Assembly (NCBI RefSeq): GCF_003332275.1
Contig: NZ_QOVA01000004.1
Location: 186,327 to 210,326, forward strand
Length of the DNA stretch: 24,000 nucleotides
From: Edaphovirga cremea
GTDB taxonomy: Bacteria; Pseudomonadota; Gammaproteobacteria; Enterobacterales; Enterobacteriaceae
Direction of reading: 5' to 3'
Shown one piece after another: positions 9,973 to 16,878 of this stretch (the first letter of the stretch is position 1; every line of letters begins with the position of its first letter). The notes under the pieces are model-generated. The model ran no database searches, was not told the origin of the DNA, and saw only the letters and a list, made by a program, of their open reading frames with translations. The position numbers and the translations under genes were made by a program.

Positions 9973-11172
9973 GTGGAACAGTTTGATGTGGTAGTCATTG
10001 GTGCGGGCGCAGCCGGGATGTTTTGTGCCGCGCAGGCAGGTCAGGGTGGCTGTCGCGTCCTATTGTTGGACAACGGTAAAAAAGCCGGACGGAAGATTTT
10101 GATGTCGGGCGGCGGTCGGTGCAATTTCACCAATATGTATGCGGAACCGGCAGCCTATATCTCCAATAATCCCCATTTCTGCAAGTCCGCCCTGGCGCGT
10201 TATACCCAATGGGATTTCATTGAACTGGTCAGTCGCTATGGCATTGCCTACCACGAAAAAACCTTGGGCCAACTTTTTTGCGATGAGTCGGCCCAACAGA
10301 TTGTCGATCTCTTGCTAAAAGAGTGCGAACTGGGGCAAGTCACGCTTCGCCTGCGCAGCGAAGTATTGGGCGTGGAAAAAACGGAAGACGGTTTTCTGCT
10401 GACCGTTAATGGTGAGAAAGTGAGCGCTCGCTCACTTGTAGTCGCTGCAGGTGGACTCTCCATGCCAGGTCTGGGCGCGACCCCATTCGGTTACAAGCTG
10501 GCAGAACAGTTTGGCCTTAAGGTGCTGCCAACGCGTGCCGCCCTGGTGCCTTTTACGCTGCATAAACCGCTACTTGACCACTTGCAGACGCTTTCTGGCG
10601 TTTCGGTGCCTGCTGTCGTGACGGCTGAAAATGGGGTGACCTTCAAAGAGAATATTCTTTTTACCCATCGCGGCCTGTCTGGCCCGGCTATTCTCCAGCT
10701 TTCCAGCTACTGGCAGCCCGGTGAGTATGTGAGTGTTAACTTACTTCCAGGCGTCGATCTGGAGGCATTTATCAACGCTGAGCGCGTCGCGCATCCCAAT
10801 CAGAGCGTCAAGAATACGCTGGCACAAAAGCTGCCCAAGCGGTTGGTTGAATGCCTGCAAACGCTGGGACAATTACCTGATGTGACATTGAAACAGCTCA
10901 ATGTCCCGCAGCAGGTGGAGTTGATCGATACGTTGCAACAATGGCGCGTCCAACCAAACGGCACGGAAGGTTATCGCACGGCGGAAGTGACTCTCGGTGG
11001 TGTGGATACGCGCGAGCTGTCGTCCAAAACCATGGCTGCGAATCAGGTTCCGGGACTCTATTTCATCGGCGAAGTGGTAGATGTGACCGGCTGGCTGGGA
11101 GGATATAACTTCCAGTGGGCGTGGAGCTCCGCCTGGGCCTGTGCGCAGGCATTGGTTTATGAAAATAGGTAA
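9973..11172 (+). CDS. yhiN: FAD-dependent oxidoreductase, YhiN/HI0933-like flavoprotein
   Basis: GTG 9973 preceded by GGAGGAGAG aligns with the E. coli YhiN N-terminus (M/V-E-x-FD-hhh-IGAGAAGMFC). The ATG at 9946 is an alternative start. C-terminal GEVVDVTGWLGGYNFQWAWSSAWACAQ matches the family. Double stop TAATAA. Confidence 0.85.
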   Translation: MEQFDVVVIGAGAAGMFCAAQAGQGGCRVLLLDNGKKAGRKILMSGGGRCNFTNMYAEPAAYISNNPHFCKSALARYTQWDFIELVSRYGIAYHEKTLGQLFCDESAQQIVDLLLKECELGQVTLRLRSEVLGVEKTEDGFLLTVNGEKVSARSLVVAAGGLSMPGLGATPFGYKLAEQFGLKVLPTRAALVPFTLHKPLLDHLQTLSGVSVPAVVTAENGVTFKENILFTHRGLSGPAILQLSSYWQPGEYVSVNLLPGVDLEAFINAERVAHPNQSVKNTLAQKLPKRLVECLQTLGQLPDVTLKQLNVPQQVELIDTLQQWRVQPNGTEGYRTAEVTLGGVDTRELSSKTMAANQVPGLYFIGEVVDVTGWLGGYNFQWAWSSAWACAQALVYENR

Positions 11173-11217
11173 TAAAATCAAAAAAATAACGAGCCTAGGG
11201 CGCTAATGTTTTACTAC

Positions 11218-11249
11218 TTATTCATGCATCCCGCAGGATGCATGAATAA
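11218..11249. repeat. Perfect inverted repeat (14-bp stem, 4-nt loop) at the core/island junction
   Basis: TTATTCATGCATCC-CGCA-GGATGCATGAATAA read directly. No T-tract on either side, so it is not a canonical intrinsic terminator. It lies between convergent yhiN and the kinase gene. Confidence 0.85.
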
Positions 11250-11253
11250 CGAT

Positions 11254-11337
11254 CATTTGGAAATTATTAGTGCTCAGTTGGAAACCAATAACAATCAGTT
11301 GGAAATTAATGGCAATCAGTTGGAAATCAACTGAACC
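11254..11337. repeat. Four tandem 21-bp repeats (core CAGTTGGAAA / TTTCCAACTG)
   Basis: Units at 11254-11274, 11275-11295, 11296-11316 and 11317-11337. Plus-strand cores are CATTTGGAAA, then CAGTTGGAAA three times. The last unit encodes the final residues of the kinase. The kinase stop (11316-18) spans the unit 3/4 junction. Confidence 0.85.
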
Positions 11338-12815
11338 ACGACAAGTCTTCCGCCCTCCTCGGCTGACAGCACAAATTGGAGGCCATCAGTCAGGGCAAGC
11401 TTATCCCCCAGATCAATCTTTCGTTTCTCTGGCAGCACCATCAGTCCGTCAATTCCTTCATTCACCAGCCACCACTGATCCTGATGGAAAAGAAAATAGC
11501 CCACCCGTTTTTTTTGTTCCGCGGTGGTTCTTTCATTCGGGGCAATTAACCTGTTTACATGCCACGCATAAAGCGATTGCCCGCTCCATACCATCAACCG
11601 GTGATCATCAGGCCGGAAACTTCCCGTTTTTCTCGATGAATACAGATTAAGAATCGGCAATTTTCCGGTGTAGGGCGTCCCGCAGTAGGGACAAACAGGT
11701 TGGGTTTTCCCGGAGAAAACGTACCATTTTTGCTCGCAGGTCGGGTTCTGGCAGGGCTGGATCAGGTCAACGGTTTTGACCAGCGCACTTTCCCACTCGT
11801 CAGCCGTCGGGCGTTTGGCTGGTTCATGCAAACCGGTAATAAACGCTTTCTCAAAAAGAGGCGTCAGATAGGGTCCGACGATGGTGTAAGGGATTTTCTG
11901 CGGATTAGCCCAAGGTAAAGAGGACGGACTGACCTGATTGAGTTTCACGGCGTTACTGTGATCGGTGGGATGCTCAATAAATAGCGCCTTTTCGCCCATC
12001 GAAAGCGCCTCATCACGCATCTCGTCATCCATATCGTGGATTTTCCCGCCGCGTAATGGATGGCGGTAAAAGAGGTACATATAGATGAGTACCGAGAGGG
12101 CGTGTCTGTCCGTCGTTATGCTCGGCAATATCCTCTGGCTGTCTTCCTTCAACAGGTGAGTGGTCTTCACCACTTCTGGCGCGATGAAATCCGGTGTTCC
12201 GACAACGTCCGGCGGATATTTACCCGGAACCACCAGGCCATCAATATCTATAATGCAGGCATGCCCCTGTTCTGGGTCAATCAGGACGTTTTTATAACTC
12301 AGATCGCTGTGGCACAGCCCAGCAGCATGCATGCGACGCACGGCGCGGGTTAACAGCAGGCACACCTTGAGGTAGTTGAGAATATTGCCGCGTTCCCTCG
12401 GGTCCAGAAACTTGTTTTGGTTATTCGCGCTGGCAAACCATTTTCCCTCTTTTTCACGGCCCTTGATCCCGAGGAAGTCGTCGTTTTTAGAACCGTACTT
12501 AAAGAAAAAGTGGCTTTGATACGTCGGCACCACGATACCAATTTTACCGTTGTGCTCAACGACACTCGTAGGCCAGCAGAATAACTCTTTCCAATATTCG
12601 CCGCCCGCCTGCTCAAAAATATTTTGGCGGTAGCGGCCTGTGATCATCGCGACGCGTTCTTTCGCCTGATCCGTTTGCGGCTTTTTATAGAAAGCGACGA
12701 CATAGGTTCTATCCGGAGAAAAGTAGACGTCCTTCATCGAACCGGAGCCGATAATCTCATCAACATACTGGACGGTTTCACCATCCTTTGTCGTGCAGGT
12801 AATAATATTTGCCAT
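11316..12815 (-). CDS. Eukaryotic-like Ser/Thr protein kinase with C-terminal Zn-ribbon and FHA-like domain (TerY-P triad kinase)
   Basis: Gly-rich loop IGSGSMKDVY, VAFYKK lysine, catalytic loop CHSDLSYKNVLI, DIDG (DFG equivalent), PDFIAPE (APE). C-x4-C-x14-C-x2-C Zn ribbon. C-terminus LVNEGIDGLMV...IDLGDKLALTDGLQFVL is FHA-like. ATG 12815 chosen; GTG 12824 is an alternative. Confidence 0.85.
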   Translation of the reverse strand: MANIITCTTKDGETVQYVDEIIGSGSMKDVYFSPDRTYVVAFYKKPQTDQAKERVAMITGRYRQNIFEQAGGEYWKELFCWPTSVVEHNGKIGIVVPTYQSHFFFKYGSKNDDFLGIKGREKEGKWFASANNQNKFLDPRERGNILNYLKVCLLLTRAVRRMHAAGLCHSDLSYKNVLIDPEQGHACIIDIDGLVVPGKYPPDVVGTPDFIAPEVVKTTHLLKEDSQRILPSITTDRHALSVLIYMYLFYRHPLRGGKIHDMDDEMRDEALSMGEKALFIEHPTDHSNAVKLNQVSPSSLPWANPQKIPYTIVGPYLTPLFEKAFITGLHEPAKRPTADEWESALVKTVDLIQPCQNPTCEQKWYVFSGKTQPVCPYCGTPYTGKLPILNLYSSRKTGSFRPDDHRLMVWSGQSLYAWHVNRLIAPNERTTAEQKKRVGYFLFHQDQWWLVNEGIDGLMVLPEKRKIDLGDKLALTDGLQFVLSAEEGGRLVVVQLISN

Positions 12816-12845
12816 AAAAATCACCAGTATTTGATACCAACGCGC

Positions 12846-14432
12846 TTACCAGGAGATGATGATCGTCCGGTCATCGTGATTCCCAGGCGAGAAGAAGTTC
12901 AACCACTCTGTCAGACGCTCCGCCGCAAGTGCGTCATCGCTCAGACACGGGGAAATCTCCGTAATCAATGCATCCCATTTATCCGCTGATTGCAGACCAT
13001 TGTCAGTCTCAAACAGCGGATCGGACACGCCATCGGTCATCAGTATCAGATGAGAAATATCCTTCCACTTGCCGATAATGATGCGCTTATTGAAATCCGC
13101 ATCCTTTACGGCGTCATTATCCAGAAAACGAGTTTGTCCGGCATATTCGCCACTGTCAGGCGTCCCAAGCAATCGGACTCTCCCGGCAGGGCCATATGCG
13201 GCAATGGCACCGTCGCCCATCCAGAATGAGGCGGCAAACAGGTCATCGCCGGACCTGAACGAGAGGGTGGCCAAAAGGGTAGTCGAATACGATTTTACTG
13301 GCTCATTGGCCTCAATCGCTTCGCTGTTCAGTTTGTTGACGGCAAGCCGTGCCGCTTTATGAAATAAATCGCCAAAGAAGGGGCCGACGGCTCGTTGCGA
13401 CTCGCTATCCCATTTATCGATCAAGGATTCTATTGGCAGGTCGTGTTCGCCATTCAACTGTTTGACCAGATAGTCCCCGACCGTCTTTGTCACGATTCGC
13501 GAACCTTCACGGGAGTTTTTCGCGCTCCCGGCTCCGTCGGCGACCAGCAGTACGCTCCAGCCATTCCCGGCATTGTGTGAGATAAAAAAGTCATCGTCGC
13601 GGAAGGAGCCAACATGCTCATGCGAGCGCCCCCGGCGACTGGCTGCTGCAATTCTAACCCCGCCGTCGACAATCATTTTGCTATCAATATTTGATTTGTA
13701 ATATCTGTCATCAGTCGGGGGATCGATGATTTTCCATAAACTGCGTGGATCAGGGTTCACAATAAGCAAAACAGCGGTGGTGTAGGAGATAGTTGGGTAG
13801 CAGGACCACGTAACACTCATCTCAATATCGCCACTTTTGGTTGGTGTTCCCGCAAGTGTTGAGGTGATGGGATCAAATGCAATCCCGATATCTTCTGGCA
13901 GGGAGACGCCCTGAATGGTGGCCGGGGTGCCATTATCCAGCATTATGTCTATTTCAGAGTGAAAGGGGATACCGACCCGGGCATTGGCGATATTGATTTT
14001 TGCCATTGGCTGACGGTGTTCAGGTACTTGCGTTGTCACTGGGCTACCCTCCAACGGGACTTGACCGGGTTTTAACGGGGGTGCCGCCATCGCTGACAGC
14101 AGTGTTTCCTCTGACTCGGTCTTTGCCGCCAGATCGTCAATAGCCTGCTGATTCTCTTCAGCGATATTCTGCCCCGCGCTGGCGTCGATCTCTTCAGGAT
14201 CAACGGGTGGCTCCTGAACGTTTTGCAGATCGTCAGGATCGGATAAATTCACCTCCGCTGCAGGTGTGGTTTTTTCTGTTTTAATGATAATTTTATTGAC
14301 GACTTCCTGAAGCAGATCGTCAATTTCAGTATCTTCACAGAGTGCGGTCAGGGTGGAATCAGGAATTGAAATGTTTCTCTCCTGAAGGAGACTCTTCAAC
14401 GCCGTTATGTTCCGGGCGGTTTTTGTTTCCAT
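12846..14432 (-). CDS. PP2C-family Ser/Thr phosphatase with long N-terminal extension (TerY-P triad phosphatase)
   Basis: C-terminal half has PP2C motifs: RRGRSHEHVGSFRDDDF, LLVADGAGSA, LILMTDGVSDPL, GNHDDRTIIISW. The N-terminal about 257 aa has an acidic/Pro-rich linker and an Ig-like segment (LPEDIGIAFDPITSTLAGTPTKSGD). The start codon overlaps the upstream stop (TAATG). Confidence 0.85.
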   Translation of the reverse strand: METKTARNITALKSLLQERNISIPDSTLTALCEDTEIDDLLQEVVNKIIIKTEKTTPAAEVNLSDPDDLQNVQEPPVDPEEIDASAGQNIAEENQQAIDDLAAKTESEETLLSAMAAPPLKPGQVPLEGSPVTTQVPEHRQPMAKINIANARVGIPFHSEIDIMLDNGTPATIQGVSLPEDIGIAFDPITSTLAGTPTKSGDIEMSVTWSCYPTISYTTAVLLIVNPDPRSLWKIIDPPTDDRYYKSNIDSKMIVDGGVRIAAASRRGRSHEHVGSFRDDDFFISHNAGNGWSVLLVADGAGSAKNSREGSRIVTKTVGDYLVKQLNGEHDLPIESLIDKWDSESQRAVGPFFGDLFHKAARLAVNKLNSEAIEANEPVKSYSTTLLATLSFRSGDDLFAASFWMGDGAIAAYGPAGRVRLLGTPDSGEYAGQTRFLDNDAVKDADFNKRIIIGKWKDISHLILMTDGVSDPLFETDNGLQSADKWDALITEISPCLSDDALAAERLTEWLNFFSPGNHDDRTIIISW

Positions 14433-15472
14433 TAACCTTTCCCTCGGCTGACATCAAAATCTGACTTACCGCTATTCTCACTGAAGGAGATATTTTTATC
14501 ACACCACGGACAGATCACCGTTTCTGGCCCATTGATACAGAGTAATTTCCCGCATGAACACACGGCAAATGCCGTGGCATTGCCACAATGAGGGCAACCC
14601 GGGGCGCCGTGCAGCTCGCTGGTATTCACCTGAATAGTGGAGGCTGACTCATCGCTCCAGGCAAAATATTCATCATCTATTGGAAAACAGCCTGTCAGAT
14701 TAAAACCATGGATATTGAGTTTGAAGTCCAGCGACGAGAGATTGACATTCGGACGTTCATACTTCATCAGATACGGGCGTCTGGATTTGTTGCAACGGCC
14801 TACAAACGTGACGCAGGATTCATCATAAGCCCGGGTTACCTCATCCTTCGCCAGCCTGACAATATGATCGGTTTTACTTAAAAGAGGCGGGGACTCTTCG
14901 CCAACGCTGCGGCTATGCGCCACCACGGAGGCTGTTATCCATTTGATGAAGCGGGTGAAATCCCCTTCCTGTGCTTCGGTAAAGAGCAGCACGTTTTCCG
15001 TCAATTGGCGCAGGATATTCAGGTCGGCTGATGAGCCCAACCCAATCGCTATCATATTAACCTTACGGGCATAATGTTCCTGCCAGCGTTTTATATCTGG
15101 TGCAACATCGTCCGTTGGACGACCATCGGTCAGGAGATAAACGACGGGTTTCCAATCCCCTTTACGCTCTGCGGTGGTTTTCCTGACCTGTCGATCAATT
15201 TGCTGGGATAACACATTCAGCGCACTCCCCAGGCTGGTGCCACCGCCAATGGGCAGGCGAGGAGGATAGAAAGCGGCAACCTCAACCAATGGCACGATCG
15301 TTTTTGCAACACCCGCAAATGCAATGACAGAAATCCAGGCCGTCTCCAGCGCGTGGGGATCCTTTTTCAAATCATTGACGATCATTTGCAAGCCGTCATT
15401 CATCTTCTTCAGATTTTCCCCGATCATGGACTCGGAACAGTCGAGTACGAAGAAAATGGGCAGTCTTCTCAT
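14432..15472 (-). CDS. terY: TerY-like von Willebrand A (vWA) protein with Cys-rich Zn-ribbon C-terminal extension (terY3-like position)
   Basis: MIDAS motif LDCSESM, GGGTSLG, LLTDGRPTDD. Shares the MRRLP N-terminus and F(I/F)KW(I/V)(T/S)ASV block with the two short TerY paralogues. C-terminal C-x2-C-x8-C-x-C-x4-C-x8-C-x2-C cluster. Confidence 0.85.
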   Translation of the reverse strand: MRRLPIFFVLDCSESMIGENLKKMNDGLQMIVNDLKKDPHALETAWISVIAFAGVAKTIVPLVEVAAFYPPRLPIGGGTSLGSALNVLSQQIDRQVRKTTAERKGDWKPVVYLLTDGRPTDDVAPDIKRWQEHYARKVNMIAIGLGSSADLNILRQLTENVLLFTEAQEGDFTRFIKWITASVVAHSRSVGEESPPLLSKTDHIVRLAKDEVTRAYDESCVTFVGRCNKSRRPYLMKYERPNVNLSSLDFKLNIHGFNLTGCFPIDDEYFAWSDESASTIQVNTSELHGAPGCPHCGNATAFAVCSCGKLLCINGPETVICPWCDKNISFSENSGKSDFDVSRGKG

Positions 15473-15541
15473 AACAAAACCCTCATCAAGCGTTCATTCC
15501 TTTTAACATGACGTGGTGTGTACCTGGCCAGCTAACAGTAG

Positions 15542-15572
15542 AGGCAAAGCCCCTGGTTTCGGGTCTTTGCCT
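15542..15572 (-). other. Stable intercistronic hairpin between terY and the TerY-P triad (no U-tract)
   Basis: On the minus-strand RNA: AGGCAAAG-A-CCC-GAAACCA-GGG-G-CUUUGCCU (8 bp + 3 bp around one mismatch). It starts 5 nt after the terY stop, within a 105-nt gap. The following sequence is not U-rich. Confidence 0.5.
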
Positions 15573-15577
15573 GTTGA

Positions 15578-16216
15578 CTACAGTACCAGCTGTATTTCAG
15601 GCGGTGGTGGCGGGAGATTCTCTTGTCCAGATGTCACGCCTGCACTGGAACTTCCTGATGAAACACTTGCCGAGACCCATTTGAAGAAGCCGGAAAAAGC
15701 GGTTGAATCCAGCGTCTCAAGCGCGACAACCTGTGATGTCAGTTGCTTAAGATGTTCATGTTTGGCTTTCGGACCGACTGCACACGCGATTATCGAGCCA
15801 AACGCGCGCTTTTTGACTTCCTTAATGGCTTCGCCATAGGCGTAGGTGTCTGATGGCGTGCCGTCGGTCATGAGGAAGACCAGAGGACGCCAGTCGCCTT
15901 TTTCATCGCCATCTGAGCGTTTGATGTCCCTGTCTACGCAGTGGAGAAGACATTCAAGTGCGGCACCGGTAAATGTTCCACCTGCACTCGGAACGGTGAT
16001 GTCAGAAAACTGAAAATCTTCGAGCGCGGTGAGCGTAATAAATTCGCGGGCTTCGTTGTCAAAGGTAATGATGGAGATATGTACACTTTCTAACGCGTAG
16101 GGATCCTGTCTCAGGGCGCTCAGCATGGCCAGAATGCCCACATTAACCGCATGTATGGACTCACCACGCATCGAGCCTGACGTATCGATCAACAGATAAA
16201 CCGGTAACCTTCTCAT
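15578..16216 (-). CDS. terY: TerY-type vWA protein (212 aa; terY2-like position)
   Basis: MRRLPVYLLIDTSGSM (DxSxS MIDAS), GGTFTG, FLMTDGTPSD, KGDWRPLV, FFKWVSASV. The start abuts the terX stop (TAAATG). C-terminal PPPPPEIQLVL. Confidence 0.9.
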   Translation of the reverse strand: MRRLPVYLLIDTSGSMRGESIHAVNVGILAMLSALRQDPYALESVHISIITFDNEAREFITLTALEDFQFSDITVPSAGGTFTGAALECLLHCVDRDIKRSDGDEKGDWRPLVFLMTDGTPSDTYAYGEAIKEVKKRAFGSIIACAVGPKAKHEHLKQLTSQVVALETLDSTAFSGFFKWVSASVSSGSSSAGVTSGQENLPPPPPEIQLVL

Positions 16217-16858
16217 TTAGATGTAACCTTTCAGATGAGTGACGAACGTATCTGATTCTGAAGGTTCTCCAATAGCGTTCAGTTTCCAGCCGGAATCCTC
16301 TCTGACCAGCTCAGCAAAGAGCATGGAACACTGATTATTAAACGCAGGGCCGCCTGACAGATCAAACCGTGCCATTTCGACATTTTTGGCATCGACCGCT
16401 CTGATGTAGGCATTCTGGACTTTGCCAAAATGCTGCTGAAGTTCGCGTCCGTTATAGATCTGGACAATAAAAACGATTTTTTCGTATTTCGGATCCAGTG
16501 TATTCAGATGGACAATGATTTGTTCGTCATCGCCGTCACCTGCGCCGGTGCGGTTATCACCCGTGAGCCAGATTTTGCCGGATTTGTGTTTGAGACTATT
16601 AAAAAAAATGATATCGCCATTCACAAGGGTAGATCTGCCATTTTCCACATCACCCAGATCGGTGACTTTCCCTTGCGCATTACACAGAAAAGCACTCACA
16701 TCGAGATCGTACTCAGCGGCTTTTTTGCCGAATAATCCCCCCATGAATCCTTTCTTCTCTTCATTGATGTCCCAGCCCAGGCCAATCGTGACAGAGGAGA
16801 GATCGAATTCATTTTTCCTGAGGCTGACTCCTTGCCCTTTACGCAAACTAACTGACAT
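16217..16858 (-). CDS. terX: TerD-family stress protein (TerX by position between terY genes)
   Basis: MSVSLRKGQGVSLRK...IGLGWD N-terminus and Ca-binding signature GDNRTGAGDGDDEQI, typical of the TerD/TerZ/TerX family. AAGGAG SD in the 20-nt gap upstream. Confidence 0.88.
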   Translation of the reverse strand: MSVSLRKGQGVSLRKNEFDLSSVTIGLGWDINEEKKGFMGGLFGKKAAEYDLDVSAFLCNAQGKVTDLGDVENGRSTLVNGDIIFFNSLKHKSGKIWLTGDNRTGAGDGDDEQIIVHLNTLDPKYEKIVFIVQIYNGRELQQHFGKVQNAYIRAVDAKNVEMARFDLSGGPAFNNQCSMLFAELVREDSGWKLNAIGEPSESDTFVTHLKGYI

Positions 16859-16878
16859 AACTACTCCTTGGTTATGAT

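Noticed and set aside
11254-11337. Possible CRISPR array
   Set aside because: The repeats are directly tandem with no spacers, only four units of 21 bp, and no cas genes are nearby.
11270-11650. 126-aa plus-strand ORF beginning MLSWKPITISWKLMAISWK
   Set aside because: Its repetitive N-terminus is simply the translation of the 21-bp tandem repeats. The rest is antisense to the well-supported kinase gene.
15513-16877. Plus-strand ORFs antisense to terY/terX (15513-15839, 16430-16735, 16515-16877)
   Set aside because: These are shadow ORFs opposite genes with clear vWA and TerD motifs, and have no independent support.
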